Part shown: positions 48,240 through 62,199 of the stretch, one piece after another
Layout of the letters: every line of letters begins with the position of its first letter
How positions within the stretch are numbered: the first letter of the stretch is position 1
Assembly (NCBI RefSeq): GCF_006345805.1
Contig: NC_042998.1
Coordinates: 42,780,001 to 42,844,000 of the forward strand
Source: Octopus sinensis
Taxonomy: Eukaryota
Reading direction: 5' to 3'
DNA: 64,000 nucleotides
Program-made: the position numbers and the translations under genes
Notes under the pieces: model-generated
The model's database searches: none
What the model was told of the DNA's origin: nothing
The model's input: the letters and a program-made list of their open reading frames with translations, nothing else

Positions 48240-49080
48240 GATAATAATTGTCTGGGATTTGGTGGTCTTCTCATTCTTTCAGGATATTGAAAAAGCCTGC
48301 TTTTGAGAGTTAGCCCTCCATGGTTTTATAATTCAAGGAAAATGTTGTCTGAACCGGGGGATGTTGGTGGTTTCATATGGTGGTATTTTCAAAATCTTGG
48401 TGTGATGATTGCACACTCATCTATAGTTGCTCAGGGTGATATGAGACATGTCTCAAGAAACCTGTTGTTGAATCTTGATTCAGCAGTGAAGAAAAGCACT
48501 TCTTTCCAGCATTCAAGGATACTTTGTGGCTCTATCAGAATTTTGGTGTTGCCTGTAGCTAGAAAGTTGCCCACTGATGTCTGTACTGGATCAGACATTT
48601 GCTGCTTTATTCCAGCAAAGAAGTTTCTAAGATCACAGACATTTGCATAGTTTTGAAACTCAATTGTTTATTGTTGCCATGAGTTGTTCTGTGTTTCTCT
48701 AAACTGGATATGAAATTGATGTCTGAAATTTTTAGGGGGAGTTTTTCTAAATCTTAATCTTGGGTTATGCTTGTATTACATCTGAGTAATTCACTTTTCA
48801 TCAATGACCTGGTTGATTTCATTGTTATTCTCATTAAAAAAAATGCATATTTCCTTTTTTTTTGTCATTTTGTGAAACAATGACACTTTCATTGGTTCAG
48901 TGATGATGTTTCAAATCCATGATCATTTTTAGTCAAGAGAGCAATTGTTAAGGAAGGGATATGAACTGAGCTTTAACTGAACTGTTTGTTTCTGGGTTTG
49001 TCTTGAATGGTGAGAGTAAACTTAGTCATGGCTAATGTTTTGCTAAGTTGAAAAGAAGATATTCTGCTGCCATTAGGGAA
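48240..49080 (-). mobile_element. Decayed RTE LINE ORF2 segment
   Basis: DLRNFFAGIK...NTKILIEPQSILECWKE resembles the RTE linker (D...FY..IK...LITD...IL.RW.EHF). Confidence 0.55.
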
Positions 49081-49349
49081 ATGACTGTGCTCAGCATTCA
49101 GAAAAGGAATTGGTAGAAATTCCATACAACAAATCCAGTGTAAACAATGGATGGGATCACAGGTAGGCTAATAGTAAAAGTACATTCATATGTGGCAGAA
49201 AGACAGGGTCATTAAGTACAAAGAGAACTCAGAGAACCATTTCTTTCGATTGTTAATAAGATTCCCAACAATTAGGCAATAGTTTCTGTTATGTAAGCAG
49301 TCTAATTATCAATAGAAAAAAATGCTCTGAAAGTATAACAGCCAGAATA

Positions 49350-49560
49350 AGAAAGGTTAGAAAAAGTTCAAGTCACTGCTACCCCTACTGGCAAAGGGCC
49401 TCACTATCAGAGTAAAGGGTTAATTATATAGTGGTTGTGTGGAAAATGCAATGCAACATAGTAGTGAGATTTGGACTTGCAGAGGATATGTGAAGACTAG
49501 AAAGAAATGAAGTGAGCAAGCTTTGTTGAAAATGTAATGTTAGTATAATTGACAAAGTAC
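49350..49560 (+). mobile_element. RTE ORF2 C-terminal remnant (a further one at about 50780-51060)
   Basis: LLPLL..KGLTIRVKG..Y..CV..AM..SE.W...EDM.RLERNE-like translation with frameshifts. Confidence 0.65.
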
Positions 49561-50672
49561 AAATGAATGAGAGAATATATCATCATCATCATCGTTTAAC
49601 GTCCACTTTCCATGCTGGCATGGGTTAGACGATTTGACTGAGGACTGGCGAACCAGATGGCTGCAACAGGCTCCAACCTGATCTGGCAGTTTCTACAGCT
49701 GGATGCCAATACAAAAACAAAATACTGAGACAGGTGAGGGAACAACAAACAAGGTGTATTAGTTTGGTGCTGAGGAAAAATGGAAGAAGTCTTTGACATT
49801 TCAAACTTACAGAGATACTCTGGTGTATGTATATATATGAGGTGTTTTGCTCAAGAACACAATGCACCACTGCTCAGTGAATCAAAAGCACAATCTTGTA
49901 ATTATCAGTGCAATACCCTAGAGATCACATTATCTGCCTTCACACACACACACATACACACTTGATGACCTAACTGATGGCAATACAACAAAAAATACCA
50001 CCCAGTACACTCTGTAAAGCAGTTGAAATTAGGAAGGACATCCAGTTGTAGAAATCATACCAAAACAGTCAAACTGTCCAAACAATGCTAATATAGAAAA
50101 CAAACGTTTGATGATGATGATGATGGTGCTGATGATGATGATGACGACAAGGAGGATATATTGTTTTACATCCATTTTCCATACTTGCAAGTCTTAGATA
50201 AATACATATTACGGAGACGTTGTTTTTACTGTCAGATGGTTTTCCTGTTGTTTTTCAAGTAAGGAAATTTTTCTTGTTCCACTCATCTTTGAAAGCACAG
50301 AGATAGCAGGCAATTTGTTGACAGGGTAAATATCAACAAACATCTCTGCTCATAGGTATGTGATGTTTTGGAGAAGTACAGGATGTAAACATTCAAATGG
50401 ACACACAGAAATATATACAATGTGTGTGTGTATGTGTATACATATATATACATATATATATATATAATATATATATATATATATACACAAACACACACAC
50501 ATACATACACACACACATATTCCTTCTTACTGTAACAGATAACTCAAAAGGCATAATAACCAGAAGAGCATCCAGGCATAATTCACTACCCAAACAACAC
50601 ACCATCATACTTAACAATGAAACATATAACTATGTATATTTACACACACACACACATGCATGCATGCACATG

Positions 50673-50707
<35 letters not shown>

Positions 50708-53518
50708 GTGTGTATTTGCTATCTAGATGAGTGAATAGGTTTTGAAGGGTGGTAAGGCAGGTGTTCTGGAATCATAGCAACCAAAGTTAAAATGGGGTGA
50801 AAAAAAGTTCAGCAAACAGTCATCTCTGCTGCTTATAAAGGATTTCTCTCTTATAGCGAAGATAATATATAATGCCTGTATATAATGCACATTGCTACAT
50901 TATAATGAGACATGGGTCTTTAATGTGTAGGATTTGAAAAACTTGACAGAAATGAAGTCAATATGTACTCTTGAATAGGAAATGTTAGTGTGCATGAATG
51001 ATGAAGTACAAATGAGCTGACAGAAAAAGCTGGATACATAACTGTATAAGCAATGAGATGCACAGTGCAAAATTATAAACCTAAACTAGGAAGTTGTTTG
51101 GGACGTAAAATTTGCAGATACAAAATGTACATCAAATGTGACAGGTATGTTCAAACAAATATATTAGGTAAAAACATTCGTAAAAATAGCTGGCATCATT
51201 GTGTTAGTATGAGAAAGAAAATATATTCAGAAATCAATAGTGGGTCAGTAACTGCCAACAATTTGCAATAGATGGATGATAGATGCAGTCCAATATTTTG
51301 TTGCCTGAGGGAAGTGTACTATTAGAAATATTGTTTTCTACTTCTGATGATAGATGAAATGTTCTTAATCTTTATAAGCACTCACAAAGTGGAAGCTAGG
51401 AATAACAAGATGAAGTTAGTGTGGTTAACTTCTCATTGTTTTTAAATAGCTTCTTGATACTTGCAGAGTAATGTGATCCAAGGAAAGGAAAACTGGGCAA
51501 AGTGTTTAGGAATTCAGAAGTGTAATATGCAACAAAAATACACATGATCATAGAAGGGTGTATGAATTCAGAGAAAGTAGAGGAAAGTAAGATATACAAA
51601 ATCAGATGTCTTTATAGGAGCAGTACAGAAATATTTTACAATTGAATAAGTTTGGCCCTTAATAAAGAACCTGAGAGAGACTGGTCATCAGCAAAGTAAT
51701 TTTGGGCTGTGATCTGCCATTTATCAAAATTATGCACAATCAGTGAGATACAGTATCATTTCTTAGAAGGAATCATGATGATAGTTAATGTTACATGAAT
51801 AGAAATTATGGCCTGAAGATAAATGATAAAATATCTTTTAAGAAAAAATGTAATAATTGGATTTTGATGTTGACTTTACTACATTGTGAGAATTCTAGTG
51901 TTTTAGAGAAGTATATATGAGTCAAGAGCTATTTAGAATTTAAATGTATATAAGAAAAAAGGGGTATACATAATGACAAAGTTTTAAGATTTTCCCTATT
52001 GTTGAGTACATCAGATGATGAAGAGTACACAACAAATGGCAAGATGTTGGAACAGACTTGTTCAGACCATACTTTATGGGAAATGGACAGATAATCATGA
52101 AGGTGATGGTGATAACAATGATGATGATGAAATAGGCAATTAAAAATAGAGAGGATAATGGCTAAGCTGCTGGCAGCATATGTAATAATTTAGTTGGAAG
52201 TTGTAGTATAATGTAAAGCAAGAAGGGGTAGGGGAGATAACAGATCCTCAAATAAAGCTTGGCTTGAGGATGGAATAAAAATGAACTATATTCACATTTG
52301 CTCCTATTGATAGGCCAATGATTAAGCAATCAATACGAGTAAGTAAGTGGGTTAAGGTGTGGTCAATATGCAAATATGTTCACCAGTAGTTTTTCATATA
52401 TGTCACAGATAATGATTTTGCTACTATTTAGGGCAATGACTGCTATCTTTATTGAAACTCTATGAAGAAATAGGGTAAAGTTTATGACTTGTACCCTGGA
52501 AAACAAACAACCAATGAGTCTGGCTTTTCAAAACATCTGCCATCATCTTCATCATTATCATATAGAGTCTGTATTCCATACTCGCATTGGTTGAACAGTC
52601 TGATAGCTTCCAACAGGTCAGAGGGATGTGTTGATCTCTAGTGTCTATCAGTAATTGATAAAGAAGAAAAGCAAGATATTCATAAGGATTTATAACGTTT
52701 TTTTGTTTATAATAATCTTCATACACAGTAAATATTATAGAAGAACAGTTAAAATGATAAAGAAAAAGAGATTTTAGTATGTCAAGAGAACCAATTTGAG
52801 AGCAGAAAATCTGAAGATTGCCAAGATATTGAAACCAGTTTAAAAGAAAAGAGGGGGCTTAAATTTGGGAATTTAACTTTCCCAATTTTATTAAAACCCT
52901 GTTAATTGTAGAGACGGTGATTTTATTTTTAATAATCATGTGTTATTAAATGCTTGGAAGTACAGCTGTATGGTTTATAAGTTTCCTTCCAACCATATAG
53001 TTCAAGTTCAGTGTTTTCTGTTATAGCTGACCAAAGCCTCACAAGTGGATTTAAGTAAGTAGGAACTGAAAGAAGCTAGTTGAATATGTGTGTATAGGTG
53101 CAGGAGTGGCTGTATGGTCAGAAGTTTGCTTCCCAACTGCATGGCACATAGCTTTGGACTGACCAATACTATAGCCTTGGACTGACCAAAGCCTTGTGAA
53201 TGGATTTGCTAGACAGAAACTGAAAGAAGCCTATCATACGAGTGTGCACGCATGCGTGTGTGTGTGCATGTGCACATGTGTGCATGCTTACATCTGTATT
53301 TGTCCCCCACCAGTGCTTGACAACCAGCGTTTGTATGTTTTCGTTCCTGTAACTTAATGGTTTGGCAAAAGAGATGGATAGAGTAAGTGCCAGGCTTTGA
53401 GAAAGGTGCAAGGGCTGATTAGTGCAATGAAAAATTCTTCAATACAGAGATCCAGTCTAATGACTAAAGCAAGTAACCGATAAAAAAAAAAGGAGATATC
53501 TATCTGTCTGTCTATCTA

Positions 53519-53551
<33 letters not shown>

Positions 53552-54574
53552 GTTTGTATACACATGCATGTTTGTGCTTTCCTGTCTTGACATTACTTGA
53601 AAGTTGTAAACAAGTAAATGAGTGTCACTGTCACAGGAGAAATGTCAACCAATTCCACTACTCTGTGGAAATGTCTGGTTATGGAAAATATTATCTTTTT
53701 TTGGAAACAGGTGAGGGTAGGTGACAGGAAGGGCATCTCGCCATAGAAAAATCTGTTGCAAAACAGTCTGACCCATGCAAGCATGAAAAAGGATGATGAT
53801 GATGAATGTATATAAAATACCTATTCCTATCTGTTAACATGTGTGCTTTTGTGCTGTGTTTGGTTTTGTTAAATAATAACAACAACATATTTGTTGTTTA
53901 GCCTTCAGGTCATCCCTAAGACTTAAGATCAAAGATCATCTCATCTTTTTGTATATCAAGGAAAATATTACCTAACGTAAACTTCCTTTAAGAAATTAGG
54001 CTGTGATTTGAGGGGATATTGGTTACTATATATACTATATTAAGCTATCACAAAAAGGCTCCTTTACTGGTTCCTGCGTTTGTGTATCAAGTTTTTTGTA
54101 GGTATCAACCTGGTTTCACAACAATAAACATATTTTCAGATGAATTGTATAAAAATAAATTGTGTAAGAATGCTGTTCAAAAGAGTATCAGAAAGAACTA
54201 TGATGCTACCCAGGGTGCACACTTCAAGCACAGTATTGCTGCAACACAGTCTCATTAGTTTCAGGATGCATAGCAGTCAATGAAGTAATTTGTGTGTGTG
54301 GGTATGTGAAGAGAGAATATATATGTGTGTGTGTGTGTGTACGTGTGTACGAAGAGAGAACATAATCTGTTATAAGTTCTATATAATGTGATAAACATGA
54401 ACTTCTATTTAAGACTTGAACCTGTGTAACGAGTGCTTAGCTATTGATTTCTAATAAACTTATAATCAGCTTTCTCCCCACCACACACACACACATTCCC
54501 TTCAAAATATTTTAATTGCTTATGTGTTTCTTTCTTCCTAGATCTTATGCAGAGGTTAAATCCCCTACCTCCAC

Positions 54575-54835
54575 CACATGTGTGTGTGTTTGTTTGTGTG
54601 TGTACACATAACCATACATACATATACAAACATACACACATACATACATACATACACACACATACATACATACACACACAAATATATATGTATATATACA
54701 CACATACATACATACACACATACATTTATATACACACACACACACATACATACACATACATACACACGTACACACACACACACACACACACCACACACAC
54801 ACACATACATACATACATACATACATACATACATA
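54575..54835. repeat. Compound (CA)n/(TACA)n microsatellite
   Basis: Direct inspection. Confidence 0.95.
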
Positions 54836-55197
54836 GTAGGTAATGGGTTTTAAACTTAAAAACATTATTAAGGCTGTCTTTTTTTAATACTTGAGACATG
54901 TTTATTAAAAATCGTCTCACTATCTTTGACTAAGTTTAAACAACATTTTTTTTTATTATAAATGATAAATATATTTCTAGATATACAAATTTATGAAAAG
55001 ACTGAAAAATAAGTCTTAACTCTTAACAACCCTGTCCATTTTACTGTAAATAGTTACCAGCAAATTCTTGTACAAACATGAGCTTGAAGATAGTGTATAC
55101 TAACTATAAAGTAAAGCACTGAGTTTATTTACAGATAAACTAATAAGTAGGTATACATAGGTGAGTAAAAATAAACAAATAATATGAACTAGCAAAA

Positions 55198-55596
55198 TAC
55201 AAGGTGCATTTCAGAAGTTTTGAGACTTGTTTAGGGGAGGCAGTTACAACTGTTCTAGATTATTGTAATTTTAGTACATATATTATTACTATACAATAAA
55301 CATTATGCAACTTATAACAAACTAATAGACAGAGGTGGGCATCAAAACTCTTCTTCACCCTCCCTACAGGATAAACCTTGTTCTCTGTGACTTTTGGTTG
55401 TTACCCAAGCTGAATGAGAACCTCGAGGGCAATCGTTTTGAAGATGAAAGATGCTGTGAGAAGGGCCTTCACAAAGTGGTTGGAGTGTTACAATAATGAA
55501 ATAAGAGGATCCTATTTTGAAGATCAGATTCTGTACTCTTTGAAATTAATACATGACTCCTGAAAAAGTTTGAAAATTTCTGGAATGCACCTTGTA
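55198..55596 (+). mobile_element. Non-autonomous mariner derivative with TA TSDs
   Basis: TIRs TACAAGGTGCATTTCAGAAGTTTTGAGACTT and rev-comp TACAAGGTGCATTCCAGAAATTTTCAAACTT; internal CDFWLLPKLNENLEGNRFED remnant. Confidence 0.85.
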
Positions 55597-56071
55597 GTTA
55601 CTTTTGTTGTCTTTTTTTTTTGTGACATAGATTAAAGTGAGATTTTTAGTGAAGCAACTTAGTTTAAAATAACAAGATTTTAGTAAATTAAGTTTTTGCT
55701 GTTAATATCAAAGTTAAGAGTGAACAGCAGTGGGTGGCAGACTTAGTAGAACATCAGGCAAAAGCCTTGAAATATTTAGTTCAGGGTTCCAATCCTGCTA
55801 GTCAAACTTTATTTTCATCTTTTCAAAGTTGATAAAATAAGTATCATTCAAGTAGCAAAGTCAATTTGACTACAGCTTCTCAAAATAATTTGCAGTCATG
55901 TGCAAAAGTAAGAAATCATTATTATAGCTAAAAGGAAAGAAGTCAAGTAACGGGGAAAATAGCTGGTAGAATCATTACTGAATAAAATGCTTAGCAGCAT
56001 TTCTTCTATCTCTTTACATTCTGAGTTCAAATGCCACCAAGGTCAATGTTGTTTGTCATCCTTTCAGATTT

Positions 56072-56460
56072 GGCAGGAGTGGCTGTGTGGCAAGTAGCTT
56101 GCTTACCAACCACATGGTTTTGGGTTCAGTCCCACTGCATGGCACCTTGGGCAAGTGTCTTCTACTATAGCCTCGGGCCGACCAAAGCCTTGTGGGTGGA
56201 TTTGGTAGACGGAAACTGAAAGAAGCCCGTCGTATATATGTATATATATATATGTGTGTGTGTGTTTGTCCCCCCAACATCGCTTGACAACCGATGCTGG
56301 TGTGTTTACGTCCCCATAACTTAGTGGTTCAGCAAAAGAGACCGATAGAATAAGTACTAGGCTTACAAAGAATAAGTCCTGGGGGTCGATTTGCTCGACT
56401 AAAGGCGGTGCTCCAGCATGGCCACAGTCAAATGACTGAAACAAGTAAAAGAGTAAAGAG
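56072..56460 (+). mobile_element. Full-length family-A tRNA SINE nested in a family-B SINE
   Basis: A/B boxes, central domain and tail are intact. The host SINE halves lie at about 55955-56070 and 56460-56660. Confidence 0.85.
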
Positions 56461-57000
56461 TTGAACAATGGGTGGATGGGTGGGGGTCAATGTGATCCAG
56501 TTCTCTTCCCTTCAAAATTGCTGGCTTTGTTACAAGATCAGAGAGAATCATTTAGTTTCATCCTTCTACAATCTGATTTCAAATTTCCCTGATCTTAACT
56601 GCACCTTTTGCTCTTCTGGAATCAACAAAATAAATACCAAATCATGCATCGAAATTTCAGATAATTAACTATACTCTGTGTAAAGGTAGAATAGTCAAGA
56701 ATTTTGCTTTGCAATCAAGAGGGCCTGGATTCAGTGCCAATGTGGGGCATCTTAGTTTAAAGCATATCAAGGTTAACTTTGTTTTTCATCCTTTTAAAGA
56801 AGATAGAAAAGTACTATTGAAGTACCAAGGTTGAAATAGTTAAATGTTTCCATCCCACCCTGCTATAGCTTGTAAAGGGCTGTTACCAGTATTGCTGCCA
56901 TTCATTATCCAGCTCCTCCTCTTCCCCTTCTTCATACACTACTGCTCATACACTATTCCCACAGATGCAGAAATGGTCATTTAGCCCATATAATTGTTAA

Positions 57001-57212
57001 CCCTTTAGACTAGCCTTATCTGCCCCAAATATTCTACCTGTTTTATGTTGAAACAGGCCAAATCTGGCTTCTCAGACGCATCCAGCTAGGTGATTCTAAA
57101 AATAAACAATTACATCATTGAAATCTCAAGCTATGAGATAATGAATGATTAATTCATAACAATGTGAATAAATAAGCAATACACTTGACAAAGTAATCTG
57201 GCTGTTAAAAGG
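57001..57212. mobile_element. piggyBac-like MITE
   Basis: TTAA|CCCTTTAG ... TAAAAGG|TTAA. Confidence 0.65.
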
Positions 57213-57254
57213 TTAAACTTTCTACAACACAATCGTCAGCCTCTAACATTTCAG

Positions 57255-57297
57255 GAAAAAAAGAGGGATGAGGTGGAAGAAGAAAAAAAACACACCA
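57255..57297 (+). CDS. Candidate exon (EKKRDEVEEEKKHT, phase 0/1)
   Basis: CTAAC branch point plus atttcag acceptor, CCA|gtaatt donor. Phase matches the next exon across a 278-nt intron. Confidence 0.4.
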
Positions 57298-57575
57298 GTA
57301 ATTTATTTAACTATACAAGGAAAGATACCACAGAGTAGTTTTACCATACTCAAACTTTATTTTTATTAGTAATAGTAAAGGATCAGCAGTGATTAAGGTA
57401 CAATAATTTTCAGAAATTTAAAACCAATTAAAACCTTTATCTATCCCTTGTGCCTCTATAAGAAATAATTATTATAGCTAACCACTTGTAGTAAACAGTA
57501 TAGAATATGAGACAAGACCTTGGCAGTGAACTGGTTTCAATTCCAAGCTGAAATTAAACAACTTCCCTTATGCAG

Positions 57576-57666
57576 ATACCATAATTGAAAAATTTATGAA
57601 AATTATGGATACTGTATATGCAGTATTCATTTCCTCTTTTAAAAAGATATCTGACCTCACATTGAA
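57576..57666 (+). CDS. Internal coding exon (xTIIEKFMKIMDTVYAVFISSFKKISDLTLx, phase 1/2)
   Basis: acttcccttatgcag acceptor, GAA|gtaaga donor, 91-nt open frame, amphipathic-helix-like peptide. Confidence 0.55.
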
Positions 57667-58273
57667 GTAAGATATCATGTTAACTGTGTTGGAAGCAGAA
57701 CACTCACAAGGTAACATAGCACAGGTTTGAATTCTTTAAAGTAGACCACCTTAGTAAATCAATGTTTCATGTTCAAATCTTGCCAAAGCCGTGATTGTCT
57801 TTCATATGCACAAATGAAGTGTGATCAATTAAATGAAATATAGCCCCTTGCTTAGAAAATTGGCCAAGTGCCCAGAAAAAAATGAGGAAAAAAAATCATT
57901 ACTACTGCCAAGGAAACCATGACCATAATTAATTAAAGGAGGTAATCAATACTATCCCTCCACCCACACAAATTATGTAGTGTTGTATGTGTCTGTGTGT
58001 TTAAGTATGAGCACAAATGTGTGCACAAATAGTGCATGCAGAATGTATAGAAGTAGTACAGAATAATAGATAACTAAATAAATAATGGAATAAAATAAAT
58101 AAATATATGTGTGTCTGTGTATATATGCATGTGTTTGTGAGAGTGTGTGTATGTGTATAGATAGTATATATATATATATATATAAAAACGTATATGTCAG
58201 TGTCTGCATGTATGCATTATTTGTAAGTACGTATGTGTGAGTTTGTATATATACAGACACACACACATTTATT

Positions 58274-58323
<50 letters not shown>

Positions 58324-59159
58324 GTCTAGGGAGAGTCATTTTCTTTTGGTGCCTTATAATTTAACACACTCACCGGTAAAATTTCCACTTATTTCTTATT
58401 TTTATTTTCCTAAAATTTTCATTGCGTCTTGCAACCTTTTCAATAGTCTTGACTCTGTCTGTTATATATGTATGTGTATACATATATATATACATACACA
58501 CACACATATATATACACACACACATATATATAGACACACACACACACACATATATACATACACAGAGACACACATATTTGTGTGTGTGTGTGTGAGTATG
58601 CGTGTAGTGGACTTTTATTTTTTGTTTCATCTCTGTCACGTTTAAAGCAACAATGGTGTTTTGATTTTCATATTTCAATTGCATTTCCTGATGAAACCGT
58701 TTACTCATCATACTCAAATTAATTGATTATGTATTTTATATATTAATTATGTAATGATTATATGGCTATAGATGATTGCATTTTAGCAGCGGAAACAGCT
58801 GTAGAACTTAATGAAATTTTGAAATATCAGTGAGATCATTGCTTTTTGTTCATACTTGTTCCATCTTCATTATTTTAATGTCCACTTTCCCCATACACAC
58901 ATGGGTCAAATGGAATTTGTTGAGGCAGATTTTCTACAGCTGGACATCCTTCCTTTCAGCATCCCTCAACTGTTTCTAAGTAAGGTAATATTTCTCCATG
59001 ACCAGACATGCTTTTACAGAAAACAAACTGGGTACATTAGTTTGATGCTTGGGAAAAATGGGAGAGGTCCTTGATGCTTCAATCTTACACTCTTCTACAT
59101 AAAGGAATGGGGAAAGAAAACAGAAGGAAAGAGAAAAAAATGGAGAGGAAAGAAACGTC

Positions 59160-59189
<30 letters not shown>

Positions 59190-59191
<2 letters not shown>

Positions 59192-59640
59192 TAAAAGGCA
59201 CCATTCGAGTGTGATTGTTACCAGCACCGCCTTACTGGCACACGAGCCCCGTGCTAGTAGGGTGTTGAGAGCACCATCCGAGTGTGATCGTTGCCAGAGC
59301 GGCTATCTGGCCTCCGTGCCGGTGGCACGTGAAAGACACCATTTGAGTGTGATTGTTACTAGCATCGCCTTACTGGCACCTGTGCCGGTGGCATGTGTAA
59401 AAGATTCAAGCGAGGTCGTTGCCAGTACTCCCTGACTGGCCCCGTGCCAGTGGCACATAAAAGCACCCACTACACTCTCGGAGTGATTGGCATTAGGAAG
59501 GGCATCCAGCTGTAGAAACTCTGCCAGATCAAGATTGAAGCTTGGTGCAGCCATCTGGTTTGCCAGCCCTCAGTCAAATCGTCCAACTCCTGCTAGCATG
59601 GAAAGCGGACATTAAATGATGATGATGATGATAATGATGA
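59190..59640 (+). mobile_element. RTE 3'UTR-type repeat
   Basis: Aligns closely with 33125-33580; (GAT)n tail. Confidence 0.85.
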
Positions 59641-60773
59641 CATACACGCAACAGGCTTCTTTCCATTCAGAAAGCCTTGGTTGTCCTGGGGATATAGTAG
59701 AAGACACTTGCTGAAGGTGCCGTACAATAGGACTGAATGCAAAACCATGTGGTTGGGAGGCAAACCTCTTACCAAAAGTCATGCAATGTAAGTAATGGAG
59801 AAGAAAGTGAGAAACCAACAGCACACTGAAGATTGATAATTTCTGGTAATAGAATGGTTAGTGTTAATATGATACTAATGGTTTCATGCTGAATCTTAGC
59901 AATTTTTAGCAATTACTCAACTGCAGAAAGAAAGGGTTAATTAAACTGGATAATGGGATGTAAACATTTAGGGATTATACTAAAAGCTATTTCCCTTGTT
60001 CTGATTGTTCTGCAAATCACTCGCAACTTTGATATGCAAATGTTTATGCATAGATATGATATATGATATGAAAACTGTATCACCATGTAGATTCAGAATA
60101 GTTGACTGATATTCTGTATGAAGATATGTACTGGAATATGTATATGCACAAATACAAACATATTGGTAGGGCATTGTATACCCATACAGAAAAGAATATT
60201 GGTAGTATTACAATTGTATGACAACAGCTGTGCTCAATTCTACATATAGGCACTCAGGTATATGATATGCATTATTGACATGCTATAAGGTTCATTGGAA
60301 TGTTTGTATGCATATGTACACCCAAGGGTGTATAAATCTAACTCACACAAATGCATAATCACATGTCATTGTTGATTCAAATATGTAATTATATATAATT
60401 CATGTAACAAGTAATAATATGCATTCAATTGTATGTAGAAGTCAACAAACTGTGCATAATATGATATAAATTATAAGCGCAAAATACATGTAAGAACCTG
60501 TAGAGTGAAGCATGATATGGCTTCTATTGACCCAGTGTGACAGTGGAAAGGTAGTAAATTAGGTGACAAGGTAGTGATTATCTATAACAGGAAAGAGTTT
60601 GCAGAAATAAATAAGTTTTTATAGAGCAATATATTGAGAAGAATAAAAAGAATGAAAAGTAAAGATCTCACTAATATTTGAAAATTTCATTTTTAAGTTC
60701 CACAGCTGTTTTTACAGCTAGAATACAAACATTATCATTCATAAAATAATTACATAATTGGGTAAAGGATAAA

Positions 60774-61107
60774 GACACCCTTCAGTCATGAATGATCATG
60801 GGATTGCCCCTAAAAGTTCACCTCCAAGGCACAAGTCCAGGCAAGGTTGTTCATAGAAGACCAGCAGTTGTCCATGCATACCAGCCTCCCCTCTCTATGT
60901 CATCGATGTGTTCTCCAAGGGAAAGCTAAAGACCAATACAGCTTGGTACCAGTGATGTTGCAACTCATTTCTACAGCTGAGTGAACTGGAACAACATGAA
61001 ATAAAAGTGTCTTGCTCAAGAACACAAACACAGCCTGGTCTGGGAATTGAACTCACTACCTCATGATTGTGAGCCTGATGCTTTAACCACTGAGCCATGT
61101 GCCTTCA
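60774..61107 (-). mobile_element. tRNA-derived SINE (family C)
   Basis: Head TGAAGGCACATGGCTCAGTGGTTAAAGC...GAGTTCAATTCC with A/B boxes; sister copy at 61845-62177. Confidence 0.8.
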
Positions 61108-61844
61108 TATATTACATAATTAACAATGTAAAAATATGTAATTAATATGTGTGCATGTGTGTGTATGTATGTTGTATATTTATATATGTTATATATACAT
61201 GCAATCTTAACTTTATCAGTGAATACACTTAACATGAAGGATTAAACATTTACAATTCATTCACATATAAAACAATTCAAACTGCAAAACTTCACATATA
61301 TTTCAGTCCTTACCAAGCAACAAATCTAACCTGACTAACCCAGATCTTTCCAACCCACCATCCCTTTCACCGCCAAATACATCATCCATTCCAACATACA
61401 ACAAACTAATTACATCATCATACCATTCACCACCATGTCAAACTAATTGGATGCTACCCTGTAAATATAGCTGAAACTGATGCATAAAGCTTGTGCAGAA
61501 CACTCCTGCTCAGACAATTCAATAAAAATTGAGGAAAAGCAGCATCTTTACAATGGGGTTAAATTTGGAGTTTGTATTTTTAGGTAGTGCACAAACCAAT
61601 TATTGCAGCATACCAGCTGTCTTGTACAGGACTTTTTGTAAATAGTTATCTTCAGCTTTATTTTTTTTAATGGAGTAAGTGGTGCTTTTAATTGCTATTG
61701 TGGTTAATGGTATAATGGTGTTCTTTGTTGTTGTGCTGTTACATTTTGGGATAATTGAAGGATTTGGAGAGGGGAAGGGCAGAAAGTTGTCATTTATATG
61801 CATAAATATGTTGCTCTTTTAACCCTATCAAACACAGACTTGAG

Positions 61845-62177
61845 GAAGGATCTCTTTTGGTCATGAATGACCATGGGATTACACTTAAAAAGTTATTCTC
61901 TGAGGCACAAGTCTGGGCAAGATATTTTATGGAAGACTAGTAGTCGCCCATGAATACCAGCCTCCCCTATGCAACTGATGTTATCTGAGGGAAAGGTAAA
62001 GATCAATACAATTTGGCACCAGTGACATTGTAACTCATTTCTATAGTTGAGTGAACTAAAACAACATGAGATAAAGTGTCTTGCTCAAGAACAAAAAACA
62101 CAGCCTGGTCCAGGATTTGAGCTCACTACCTCATGATTGTGAGCCCGATGCTCTAATCATTGAGCCATGCACCTTCA
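61845..62177 (-). mobile_element. tRNA-derived SINE (family C), second copy
   Basis: Colinear similarity to 60774-61107. Confidence 0.8.
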
Positions 62178-62199
62178 CATAAATAGTACATATAAAGAA

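Noticed and set aside
58400-58460. Minus-strand CTATTGA...ttgc-aagac-gcaa-tGAAA in a TA-flanked repeat
   Set aside because: The core deviates too far from CUGANGA and no stem I/III could be assigned.
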